From: Cystobasidiomycetes sp. EMM_F5
Lineage: Eukaryota
Assembly (NCBI GenBank): GCA_051047955.1
Contig: JBPGPT010000050.1
Span: forward strand, 1 to 64,000
Direction of reading: 5' to 3'
Length of the DNA: 64,000 bases
A program made the translations under genes and the position numbers. Shown piece by piece: positions 48,071 through 60,293 of this stretch. Each line of letters begins with the position of its first letter. The first letter of the stretch is position 1. The notes beneath the pieces are model-generated. The model did no database searches. It saw only the letters and a program-made list of their open reading frames with translations, and was not told where the DNA came from.

Positions 48071-51000
48071 ATGGCGCTAGCGCCGTCACTGGCCGCTGAC
48101 CCGCAGATGGCTGCCCTGGATACTACATCCTCTCACGCCGCTCATATTCAGCCGGTACATCATCTCAACGCCGTATCGTTTCCAAATGCCTCATCGATGA
48201 TGGTCGATACTGCCGCGCTGTCGACGATTGTACCGCATCTAGACATCGATGGTGACAGCCAGGAAACCGAGGATGAAGTAGATGACGACGATGACGATGG
48301 CGAAGTAAATGATGCAAATGAACAAGCCTCTGACGACGGTGATAGCGACGCATACTCGGCTCATCAAGACAGTGTCAAGCAGGAGAATGAGGATGCAGTG
48401 CTCGAAGCTGACATGGAGGTTGATGGTCATCGAGGAGGGGCAGACAGTGGGTATGCCGGAGGCGACTCCTTTCGGAACACATCTGCACTACCCGGTTACC
48501 AAAATCGAAACGGTCACGATAGTCTCTTTGATGAAGCTGAAGTCAATCCGGATCTGTACGGGCTTCGACGAAGTGTATGTTGGCTTCATATATGCATAGA
48601 CTTGGCATTGAACGCTCTTCCTCTTTTCGACGCCAGGGTCGGGGAACGCTCACGCGCGTCACACAGACTTCGAAGTACGCCGAAACCTACGAAGAGGATG
48701 ATGAAGACAATGTTCGTCCGCCAAAGCGTCGCGCGGCAAAAGGCAAGGGTAAAGGTGCGTAGCGAATTCTACGAACTATCTTGCCCGCCTTCAGAATGCT
48801 TACTCTACATGTTTGCGATGGTGCAGCTCGTCAAGACTCTGAGGATTCTGAGCCAATCGTTCGCCGCCAAACTTATCGGCAAGCTTCGACTGCCTCTACA
48901 TCTACCGGAGCTCGCGATGAGGATGACGATGAGGTACGAGCAAGCACGAGTGCTGACGATGCATACGAAGATTCAAGCAAGAGGAAAAAGAATGGCAGAG
49001 GTCGGTTGACGCGGGGAAAGCGAAAAGTGCCTCAAAAACGGCAAAGTCGTCACGATGACGAGTCTGAAGACTACGCTGTTTACGGTTCGCGGAATGCTCC
49101 TCGCAACGCAAACGCCAAGGAAGTCAACTATGATGAAAACGAAGCCTACGACTCTATGCTGTCCGACTCCATCACTGACGAGGAGGACGATGAGGACGTC
49201 GCTCCTGCCAGTGCAACAATAGGCGAAGGTGACGCTATCGATGGTGTCTTCGATCACAAGCGAGCGGAAGGTCGTGGTGAGCCATTCTGCATGGCTCGCG
49301 TAGCCTAAATTATCTGATGGTAGCGGTTGCAGAGGACGATGACAAGGATGACGCCTACACGAACATTTCTTACCTTATCAAGTGGCAGGGTTACAGTCAC
49401 TTGCACAGTAAGTCGCACGAGTGCTGTCGCCTAAGGCGAGTAAATGCTTCTGACCTGACTGAATTCTGACAGACACGTGGGAGCTATTGTCATCGCTCAA
49501 GGCGTTTAAAGGTTACAAGAGAGTCGAAAATTACATCCGACAGGTGTATAATCACTACGAGCTGCTTAAGAATGATCCCTTTACCTCGCGCGAAGACCTT
49601 GAAGCTTACCAGATTGACCGTGAACGCCGCCGAGAACAGCTAGAGGGCTTCAAGACTGTCGAGCGCATCATTGCCTCGCGAGATGCCGAAGCTAACGCCG
49701 ATATTGACCACGACCATGGTAGGTCGATTGAGAAACACCGGAAGAGCTAGTATCTAAGTATATAGCTTGCAGTGGAGTACCTCTGCAAATGGAAGGGACT
49801 GGTTTACGCTGAATCAACCTGGGAAGACCACGACACAGTCGCCAAGATAGCGCAGCTGGAGATTGATGCTTTCCTGGCAAGATCAAGCGCTTCCACTTTA
49901 CCACATCGATCAGCCCCGTACTCTCGTAATCGACCGGCTTTCACTCCTATTCCCGTGCAACCATCATACATTGACGTCGGAGGCCAACTGAAGGACTTCC
50001 AGATTACTGGCTTGAATTGGCTGGCATACCTTTGGTGCCGTCACGAGAATGGCATGCTGGCTGACGAAGTAAGCTTTGCTCGTGCGGCATCAACAGTGCG
50101 AGGCTGACGATCCCTTGCGATTGCAGATGGGTCTAGGTAAAAGTGAGTATAAGTACGAAAGGGCAGAGCCTACCTTGTCTGACTCGTACCCACTAGCCGT
50201 ACAGACGTGCGCGATCTTATCCTATCTGTTCCACACAATGCAACAGTATGGCCCTTTCTTGGTAATTGTCCCTTTGTCGACATTACCTGCTTGGCAATGG
50301 CAACTTGCCCTATGGGCGCCCGATTTGAACGTCATTGCATACACTGGCAACCATGATTCGCGTCGCATGATTCGTGACTACGAATTTGGAAGCGCCAAGA
50401 AACCGAAATTTAACCTCCTTTTAACGACGTACGAGTACATACTCAAAGACCGAAACGAACTCGATAAGATCCGGTGGCAGTACATGGCTATTGACGAGGC
50501 ACATCGTCTCAAAAACTCCGATTCGCAACTCTATGAAGCGTTGATGTCGTTCAGTACCGGGGCGCGATTACTGATCACTGGTACACCGCTGCAAAACAAT
50601 GTCAAAGGTGGAGGCTATATCATGGCTATCCTGGCAATCTGAGCGCTGATCGTATATACAGAGTTACTCGCCCTGATGCATTTCCTCCAACCCGAAAAGT
50701 ATGACCTTCTCGCAAGCGACTTCGATTTGACAGGTAAATCATTAGTTATCGATAATCTGGACATCTGACGCACACATTGAGCAGATGAGGACAAGGAAGC
50801 CAAAATCCGCGAGCTCCATCACCAGCTTAAAGACATTATGCTGAGAAGGCTGAAGCGCGATGTTGTGAAGAGTCTGCCGACTAAAAGTGAACGCATCTTA
50901 CGGGTAGAAATGTCCGAAAAGCAGACGTGGTACTACAAGAACATCTTCGCTAGAGTGAGTCTGCCGTCTGCGGTCCTCAAATGGATCTACTAAGCAATTG

Positions 51001-53653
51001 TATAGAATTACGACATTCTTACCAAGAACGATACACAAATGTCGCTTCTCAATATCGCGATGGAATTGAAGAAGGCTGCAAACCATCCTTATCTTTTCGA
51101 AGGTGCTGAAGATCGGACGGAGGACCGGGAAGCCACTCTTCGGGGCCTAGTTGTACATAGCGGCAAGATGATTTTGCTAGACAAGCTTCTCACGCGCTTG
51201 AAAGCGGATGGCCATCGCGTGCTCATCTTTTCACAGATGGTCCGAATGCTGTACGTGCGATTACGTGGTCTGAGGCCTTTCCTAACGAGCAGTTTACCTT
51301 TAGCGACATTCTCTCCGACTATCTCACCATGCGCGGCTACATATACCAGAGATTAGACGGCACCGTGCCATCAGAAGTCAGACGAAAGTCGATCGAACAC
51401 TTCAATGCACCAGACTCACCAGACTTTGCGTTCATTCTCTCCACACGAGCTGGCGGTCTGGGTATCAACCTCGAAACAGCAGACACCGTTGTCATCTTCG
51501 ACAGTGACTGGAATCCACAAGCAGATTTACAGGCCATGGCCCGAGCACACCGTATCGGTCAGCAGTCGCACGTAAATGTCTATCGCTTTGTGACGAAAGA
51601 CACAGTTGAAGAGGAGGTTTTGGAACGAGCTCGCAAGAAGATGATTCTAGAGCATGCCAGTAAGCCAGAAGTCTCTCAAACGGTGGACCTTAGTTGACCC
51701 CCACCTACAGTTATTTCGCAGGTCGATACTTCAGGATTGAATTTGGGTGGCAAGAAGACCAAGGCGCACACCAACAAAGACAACTACAGCAAGGAAGAAT
51801 TAGCCGATATACTCAAATTCGGGGCCCTCAACATCTTCAAGAATGGTGTCAACCAGGCTAAATGTACTTATGGGCGAGTTCCTGGAGCTGCACTATTGTT
51901 ACTGACGCCGATGCTATACACAGTGGAAAGCATGAATCTCGACGATGTTCTAGATAAAGCTGAAGACTTCGATACTGAACAAGTGCCCGGTCAAACCTCT
52001 CTTGGTGGAGAAGAATTCCTGCGTGTGGCAATACAGGATGTCAAGGCCGACTTGACATCTTGGGATGATATCATCCCTGTAGCTGACCGGGAGCTAGCCA
52101 TGATGGAGAAAGCTCGGGCTGATGCAGCCGCTCAGCAAGATCGCAAGAGCAAGCTTAAATCTCTCGGCCTCGTCAGCGACATGGCAGCAGCCGAGTCTGA
52201 TGGCGGCGATACCGCAGAGACATCGACGCAAAGGAGGACTGGCGGACAAAAGACTGGCAAGACAGTGGTTCAGAGATCGATGGAACTGAATGAAAAGGAC
52301 ATTCGTCTACTCATACGTGGTGTCCAGAAGTTTGGTGACATTCGGTACCGATATGACAAGATTGCAGAAGATTCCAAATTAACGAAAAAGAACCGCTCCA
52401 TCGTCCAGCAAACTGCAGATGAGCTTGTCAAATTGTGTCGGGAAGCGATGATCGAGTTTGAGGAGGAGACAAAAGCTAGGCTTGCAGCAGGCGAGGATGC
52501 CAAGAAGCACCATAAAGCCGTAATGGTCAGCTATAAAGGCGCGACTGGCATCAATGCAGAAACGACCATCGCCAGGTTCGAGAACTTGAAATTGCTGAAC
52601 GATTGTAAGCGACAATCACGCACGTCAGTTCATGCTAAATTAAGTTTGTTTCTTTACTATCAAGTCCTGTCCGTGAAGAACAATCCTGCGACTTGGAGCA
52701 TTCCTTCAAGCAACATCAAGGGAACCCAAAATTGGAATGTCGACTGGGCGGTACGCGACGATTCTGCTTTACTGGTCGGTATTTGGCGGCATGGCTTTGG
52801 TAGCTGGGATTTGATACAAGCAGATGACGACCTGGGTCTGAAAGGCAAATTCTTTTTGGAAGCGGACAAGCGCGAGAAGGAGAGTGGTACCCCTGCCATA
52901 GATGCCAAGGACGAGAAGAAAGAGAAAGCCCGTGCGAAAAAGCTCAACAGTCCAGGTCCTGTCCATCTCGTGCGCCGAGGGGACTATCTCTTACAGGTCC
53001 TGCGCGAATCAGACCCTGCTGCGAAAATGAGCAAAGAAGCGAGTGGACCAAGAACAAAGAAGCCGAAGGCTCCATCGGCGCCGTCAACTTCGGTTGCACC
53101 AGCAAGAAAGCCCTCGCCGCCAAAAGAACTGCCCAAGCCTGCTACAGAGCCCGTCAAGCCGATTAGCAATCCTACCCCAAACGCCAACGGCAAGCGCGCT
53201 GCAACAGAAGAGTCGGACTCGGACTCGGACAGCTCCGAAAGCGAGTCTGAGGTCGATACAGTATCATGCAAAGAGATGCTTCGTCCGGTCAAGCGCGAAT
53301 TGAAAGAGCTAGGTGCATCAAAAGACTTGCCGCGCGAGGAGAAAGTAAAGGTACTATCGAGATGTCTCACTGCCGTTGGTCTTCGGATAAAGGAGGCTGC
53401 AAACGAAAAAGGCGGGTCAGAATCGGATCGCGAGAGGACGAGAAAACATCTATGGAAATTAGTCTGCAGCTTCTGGCCTATAGAAGGCGTGGCTTGGACA
53501 CAATTGGTGGCAATGTGTAAGTCCTCGTGACGCTGCGGAAACGGGCATCATACTGAAAACATGGGCACAGACACAAAAATGGTCCAGGCTGCGGGCGCGA
53601 ATCGCGAAAATGGCAGTCAAGGGCCGCCAGCCAAGAAATCGAGAGTGAATTGA
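48071..53653 (+). CDS. CHD1: Chromodomain helicase Chd1/Hrp chromatin remodeller
   Basis: Tandem chromodomains ([21 protein letters not shown]), SNF2 motifs [34 protein letters not shown] and [11 protein letters not shown], plus a SANT/SLIDE-like C-terminus. Confidence 0.95.
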
Positions 53654-53971
53654 GCGTCTCCCGTATGGGACTCTCGGCAATTTGAGTCAATGCTTGTATG
53701 AGTAAACTGTAGCTTAGCGTTTGCCCTGCCTTGCAATCAATATGCACGCGTCTGAGACTTGGAGGACAGCGAGTTGCTGCTATTCTACAATAGGCAAGCG
53801 GACGACTGCGTTGCAAAATGTACGCTGGTGTTTGACTAGATTTCAAAAGTTTGTGCGGTGCTACAACATTGGTTCTTGTTCATTGGTTCCGGATTCGTGG
53901 TGTTCAATAGCGATATTTAAGAGTATATTTGAGAGCAAGAACCACGCTAGACATGCAAGTGGGCGCGACAC

Positions 53972-54602
53972 TTAGAGTTCGCCGTGGTGGGTGTGACCAC
54001 CGACGTGAAGGACATCCTTGACCTTGTCTACAACGCTCTTGTGCTGTCCGGTGGCGGTGTGGTCATGAGCGTGATGAGTTGTGGAACTGTTTCCAGGAGT
54101 GACTGCATCAATGGCGCGCTGAGAAGTGCTCTTGCTGTGTTCGGTCTGAACATGGGAAGCAGCCTCATCCGTCTTGCCTGTTACGGTCTCGCTGATGCGG
54201 GTGCCCAGAGTCTTCTGACTGTCCGGCGTTACTTTGGCCTGTAAGAGAGACGCAGTCAGGTTGCGCACATAAGCACATGACGAATTGCATGCGATGACTG
54301 ACCTCAACCTTGTCGCCTAGACTCTGGCGATGTGCATCGCCGGCATGATGACTGGAGTTCCCGGGTGTCATTGCGTCGACAATCTTTTGTGATGCCGATT
54401 TCTCATGCTGCGGCTCAAGAGAGCTTGCTACTTGGTCTCCCTTGCCAACGACGTTATCGTGGAGTCTTTCGCCGACCGTCTTGTGCGAATCTGGAGTCAA
54501 CTTGTTCTGCAATGAAAAACATGAGTACCTGACGCGATGCGAGAGAGGAGATCAATATACCTCAATCTTGTCGCCAGTGGATTGTCTGAATGCGTCTGTC
54601 AT
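53972..54602 (-). CDS. HSP9/HSP12-family stress protein with two tandem domains
   Basis: MTDAFRQSTGDKIE|NKLTPDSHKTVGE...EKSASQK followed by a second copy RQSLGDKVE|AKVTPDSQKTLG...SKSTSQR. Introns at 54560-54507 and 54302-54239. Confidence 0.85.
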
Positions 54603-54869
54603 GATGGCGAATGTATTGGAGCGATGAGCAGAACGAGCTGGGATGTGCCTGGATGTCTGAGATGTGGAGGATGCAGAGGCAAGAGAGGAAAGCGAAACCT
54701 TGACCAGCTTTTAAACCAACACCGAGACCGACACCACTTGCGTGCGTCTGACGATGACGTCTGTCCTACGTGGAATGGCACCTGACCTCGACAAACACCG
54801 GACTGACACCGGTCGAGAGACAGTACATGGTAGAGCTGTTGAGGAAGTGGAGTGACATTCTTCATGCTG

Positions 54870-55803
54870 TCAAGCGAAAAAGTCGTCTTCATTCTCGTTC
54901 TCTTCAGCATCAACGTGTTCAGACGATGCAGGTATCGCTGTCGCTTGACTAGCAGTATGGGCCCCCGGAGTAGAAACAGTCTTTGCCTTCTTTTGCTTGA
55001 GCGGTTCGCCGGTGAGAATACCAGCTTCTAATTGTGCCCGTACAACTGCTCGCCAGAATGCTCGAACATCATCTGGAGATTTTGCAGACGGTAATGCTGC
55101 TTCGGCGGCCAAATTGTCGGTGACTGATAACGCACTGGGTAGTTCGTACGGGGTGTGCGAGATGAACTCTCCTTGCGGGAAAAGAGATATGTATTTGCGA
55201 CTTCGAGGAAATGTCTGGGTTATTTGATATTGTGAGTATGTCCAAATTTTTATAGAGAGCCGAAGCCACGCTCACCTCGACATACCAAGCATCCACACGG
55301 CGGTCCATCAGGTCCTCCTCTAGCCGTTTTCTGTCCTTCTTGAGCCGGCTCTTGAGCTTCTTCGCATCCTTTTCGTCTGGATTGTCGGCATTCTTGACAT
55401 TTGCCAACTGCTCCTCGACTCGAGCCATCTCCTTTCTGGTCGACTTTACTCTGCGCGCAGTCTTTACGTATTCAAAGTGCCGCAGCATCTTGTACGAGTC
55501 TGTTCCGCCAGCTGGAGTCTTGGATTTCACTCTCTTTGGCCTGTCCATCGTTCCCACTGGCGTTTCCGGTGCATCCGCCATCACTGCGGGTCGCGACGCT
55601 TCTGCATCCCTCAGCTGCGACTGCAAGCTCTCGACTCGCCGTTGAGCTTCAACCCGCTGGTCTGCTGGGAGCCCATCACGTCGCAGGAACCGCTCGGCCT
55701 GTCTGAGCGCAGCCTTGAGTTTGCTGATTCCGAGTGGTTGCTGGGTGGTGGTAGTGCTGTGCTGCGTCTGCCGCTGCTTGCCATGCTTTGGTGCTTTTCC
55801 CAT
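54870..55803 (-). CDS. EFG1: rRNA-processing protein Efg1
   Basis: Contains GISKLKAALRQAERFL, LPADQRVEAQR, YKMLRHFE, YV|..YP...KYISLF and the C-terminal DDFFA. Confidence 0.85.
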
Positions 55804-56085
55804 GTTGAAGTTGTCGATAAATGTACGACTTGTAGTGACCAATTCAAGATTAATACTTCAATTGCTCTTTTGATTTACACCGGCAACACATGAATACTCT
55901 ACTCGATATTGCATTCGCCATCAGCATATCGACGTGCATTTAACAAGCAAGCAGCTCTGGCATTGCACCCACTCCATCGCCACTCGATCCACACGACACC
56001 TGTCAGGCTTCCCGTTTCCCGACCTGCCCGCGTGCTGCTGTTCCGTGCCATTACCCCTCGTCTACCGTCAAGATACTCTTCCATC

Positions 56086-57743
56086 ATGCCCCGAGTAAAG
56101 CGCTCAGCCTCCTCGCCTTTGTCCGACGTATCCGATAATGACGTCCCCAAGAAGACTGCCAAAACACCAACATCCGCAAAAGCTTCTCCCCGTGTCCGTC
56201 GCGCTGTGGGGAGCGTAAAGAAGGAGCAGGCTGAGGACGACGAGGAAAAGCCAGGCATCAAAGAGGCAAATACGCCAAAAACACCCGCATCGCCAAAGAA
56301 GCGTGTCAAAAAGGAGCAGGACGACGATGACATCCCATATACGCCAAAGAGCGCATCCAAAACAGACATAAGAGGAGGGACTGGCAGAAGAACGCGGAAA
56401 AGTGCACCGGCGTCCTATCTTGATGAAGAGGAAAGTAAAAATGATATCATTGCAACACCCAAAAAGACTACTACAAAGTCAACTCCCGCAACTGCTTCTC
56501 CAAGTAAATCCACTCTGGCTAAAAAGCTAAAACAGCTAGAAGCATACTTGCAGACACCTTTCCCAGACCACGCTGCTCCTACGCCGCAGCAGTGTCAGGA
56601 TGTGCAAGCGGGTTTGGCTGCCATTCATGGCCTACCGAAAAGGCCAGAGAAATTGATAGATATCCCTGGTGCCGCAGCGGGTTGCGGCGCGGTACCAGAC
56701 GTTCTGGACGCGCTCGTTCGCACCATTCTCAGTCAGAATACCACCTCGAAAAGTAGGTAGACATTCTCATCAAGTCAAATCCGTTACAGTCCCTAACATG
56801 CTGCCCGTAGACTCTACGGCAGCCAAGAACTCGATGGACGAGCGCTTCGGGCGTGCAGATTATGTAGCGGTGCACAAGGCCAGCATTGAGCAAGTTGCGG
56901 ACGCTATCGCATGCGGTGGTCTGGCAAATATCAAGGCTAAAGTCATCAAGCGCGTCATAGAGGCCATCATACAGCGACAGATCAACCTTGGCGAGATCAA
57001 GGATGAAAGCGAATTGACCAAAGTCAGCCTCGATTACCTGCACGAAATGAGCGACCTCGATGCAATGAAGGAGCTTGTTTCGTTTGATGGGGTTGGTCCA
57101 AAAACGGCAAGTTGCGTTTTGTTGTTCTGCCTGTAGGTTTGCCGTCGCTACACGCGTGTCGAAATACAGTCTGATGCCTCCTTCAAATAATCCGATTGTA
57201 GCGGAAGAAACTCCTTCGCCGTCGACACGTATGTCATTATAATGTCTAGTTTGGCATTGACGAACGATTGCTGATGGCTGGTATTGCAGTCATGTCTTCC
57301 GTATAACGAAGGCCTTAGGCTGGACTCCGGCCAAAGCTAATAGGGAAACAGCCTTCCAGCATCTAGATGTTCGTATTCCAGACGAAAACAAGTACCCTGT
57401 AAGTTGCAACTGCCCCTTCGCAGCTTCAGCGTGCTATACTCACAACGTCTGGCAGCTCCATTCGCTGCTTGTAAGGCACGGGCGGTCGTGTCGCTCCTGC
57501 TCGGCAAACGGAAATATCACAGATCCCGAAGTGGATTCGGCGAAATGCCCCATAAAAGCTTACATCAGGGCTAAGAAGCCATCCAAGAAAGGCGATGGCG
57601 ATGAGGATGGTGAGGATGTACACGATCTTCTGCCGAGCGAGATCAAGGACGAAGAGGAGGAAGAGGGAAAGCCGCCGGTCGGTCAGCCTCCAAACACTGA
57701 ACTCGAAGGCAAATGGGAGGGTCAGATCGCAGGTCATGTATGA
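56086..57743 (+). CDS. HhH-GPD family DNA glycosylase
   Basis: Contains LDALVRTILSQNT, AIACGGLANIKA, the HhH motif FDGVGPKTASCVLLF, and FAVDT|HVFR. The N-terminus is K/P/T-rich and looks disordered. Confidence 0.9.
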
Positions 57744-57819
57744 TGACCGTCAGTAGCGAAGCCTGCGAATACTGGTGATGCGAGTGTTGACTTCTGGGCT
57801 CTAGCGCTTATACTCTATT

Positions 57820-59449
57820 CTACAATTGCTTCTTTGCTTTTGAGTTCTGCCCTGCATCTTCTCCCTCCTTGAGACTTAGCCATAGAGCGGAGAACAGGAG
57901 CCAGGCGATACTCATGCTTGCAGCTGTGACGTAGTATGGGAAGGCACCACCAATGAACCGCTCATACTCGTCATGACGCAACGGCGTGATACTAGTTTGT
58001 ATTCGGCTCTCGAGCCATGAAGTACCTTGTCTTCGGTGATCCACGAGCAGCGTAAACACGCCGTGACGGTCCGGCAGGCGGAAAGTTGCAGTGAACGTCC
58101 GTTCCGATGTTGACCGGTGCTCGTAAGCAGTAGATGGCTTTAGTGGTATACGTAGGTGCGGGTCCAGCATAGTGACTTCGAGTTGTAGATCATGAATCGA
58201 ATTTGGAGCGGTCCAGCGCCCGTCTTCGTAAGACGACAATACAATCTCGTATGTCTTGACAGAAGATAGATGCAATGCAGATTCAGCACAGGGAATTCAA
58301 GCGAACGCAGAGACTGAGCGTACCATTTCCTCGCCAATGCGATATTGCCGCCTCTGGACCTTCTCTGGATCTTTGGCCAGATAATGACGAGCGCTCTTGA
58401 TTTCGACAACACTCTTCTCGTTAAACAGCCACTGCGACAGTTCGCCCACAAAGAGCTCGTTGGCGCTCTCGCCCGTCCAAAAGGCGTCGCTAAACATGCT
58501 GACAGAACCGGACCAGACTACTCGAGAGTTGAGACGCGTCTGGAAGGCGGAAACGAGCTTTGCGACTTCACCAGTCGCCAGTGGTCCTCCTTCAACTACT
58601 GAAGCATCGGACGAGCCCTTCTTCACTTCGACAGGGTATGCAGTCGCAGGTGCGCGCAGTACTGGTACGATTAAAGGTATGTCTGTGACGGTGTGTACTG
58701 GACCAGAGTATTTTATAGGCAGCTGAGATCGTTTAAGATTGCCGGAAATGATGGTCGACACCCCTTCTTGTACAGGCGTGGAAATGAACGTATGGTTGGT
58801 CGGTACATTGACGACGTATTCGACAGTGGATGAGGACGTGTCTAGTCTCTCTGGGTCGTAAAGAGTCGTGTCGCGCTCATCAAACTCGATACTGAACTCG
58901 CGCGCAAAGTCTCTCCATGTTTCGCTCAAAGTAGAGGACAGAGCGATGAGGACGTTGCCGGGCACAGCTCCGGGTGACACGGTGGTCAAGTAGGAGAATA
59001 TTGCTTGTGGAGATAGATCCTGCGGGAGACCTAGATATTAACGGGGTTTGTCAGTTTATTGTGCTCGCGAACCCGCATCTTTCCCTTACTTTTCGCAGAT
59101 GGAGCAAACAGTATTAGTCCATCAAACTGCTTCTCTTCGTACTTTGTCAACAGTTCGCTAGGTTGCGGGTTTGTGCCGCGAGCGTCGCGAAAGGTCAGGT
59201 CAAAGCCGCGCGCTGTATCGTCCAGAATGAGCAGAGCAATAAGCACCTCAGCAACAGATATCTCGCTCAAGGGAACTCAAAGTACAGCCTGCCTCGTAAT
59301 GAACCCCAGAACTTTGTATAGTCATCCTTCTGCACGTCTTTCCCGTCGGTCACCACGAGCAGCTTTGAGCTGCCGTATGCTGCCTTTGCGGCTGCCAGCT
59401 TAGCGACGCAGCTCAGAGCCAGCAGGCATAACGTCCGCAATTTCATCAT
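57820..59449 (-). CDS. WBP1: Oligosaccharyltransferase subunit Wbp1/OST48
   Basis: Signal peptide, LVSAFQTRLNSRVVWSGS, LQLEVTMLDPH, RLPDRHGVF, RHDEYERFIGGAFPYY, a TM segment and a C-terminal KKxx. Confidence 0.93.
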
Positions 59450-59557
59450 GTCGAGCAGGCAGAGTATCGAGACGCGCTGGACTTTTATAAGTACGCAAAA
59501 GCTCAAGAAGAAAGCAGGCTACTCTTTCCAACAAACCAATTGAATCTGCAAACCCGA

Positions 59558-60104
59558 ATGCACGCAACGCTGGCCGTGCGAGGCGGCGGCAGGTCTGCCT
59601 GGAAAGGTATATTGAAAGCTTTGCCCTGGGTTTGGGATTCGTTGGCTCAAGTATCCTCGAAACTCAGGACCGTTCTTTACGTCGTTTCCTCAGCTAGCAG
59701 CAGCTCAGAAGCAAGGCTTGCGCCCTGGACAGGGTAGCACTCCGCCAATCAGTACCACATCTCGCAGTACGACGGTCCTCCCAAACTTTGTCGGGTACGA
59801 TATCTCTCAAGTCCAGCAGAGGTTATGAAGCAGTCTGAATGGCATTTCTAGGCTGCGGATGCTCGTCCACAACGGCAAGACGTACACTCCGGTCAATATA
59901 ACTCCAGAAATGGTCGGTCATAAGGTATGCACAAGCGGACAGAGGGTTTCTGTGTCTGACCCAGCTGACAAGATCATCTCGCAGCTGGGCGAGTTTGCAC
60001 CGACAAGGAAGCCTTTCTCTTACAGGTAAGCACCGTCTTGTTGAATCGCTTGTGAATCGCAGTTGACAGCTGGCTCCGTCACCAGGCAAACCAAAAACAA
60101 GTAG
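59558..60104 (+). CDS. RSM19: Mitochondrial ribosomal protein uS19m
   Basis: Spliced RSAWK|GPFF...[23 protein letters not shown]...[25 protein letters not shown]. It is absent from the ORF track because the exons are short. Confidence 0.92.
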
Positions 60105-60293
60105 CAACATCCCCATATCCGAGCATTTTACATGCGCATAAAGTTAGCTGTCAGTACAGTGTCGTTGTAGAATACTCTGTTCTTGAACAATGCTTCCCTC
60201 AAGCAAGATATACCATTTCGACATAGCGCGAACCCCCTTAGTCAATCCGGAATTTGTATGGTTCCAGCTGAGTAGACTTTTTTTCAAAAATAC

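Noticed and set aside
7608..60104. Apparent concentration of translation and ribosome genes (eIF5A, KRS1, DBP10, eIF2-beta, MTQ1, EFG1, RSM19)
   Set aside because: They are interspersed with unrelated genes, and such categories are abundant in compact fungal genomes. No evidence of a cluster.
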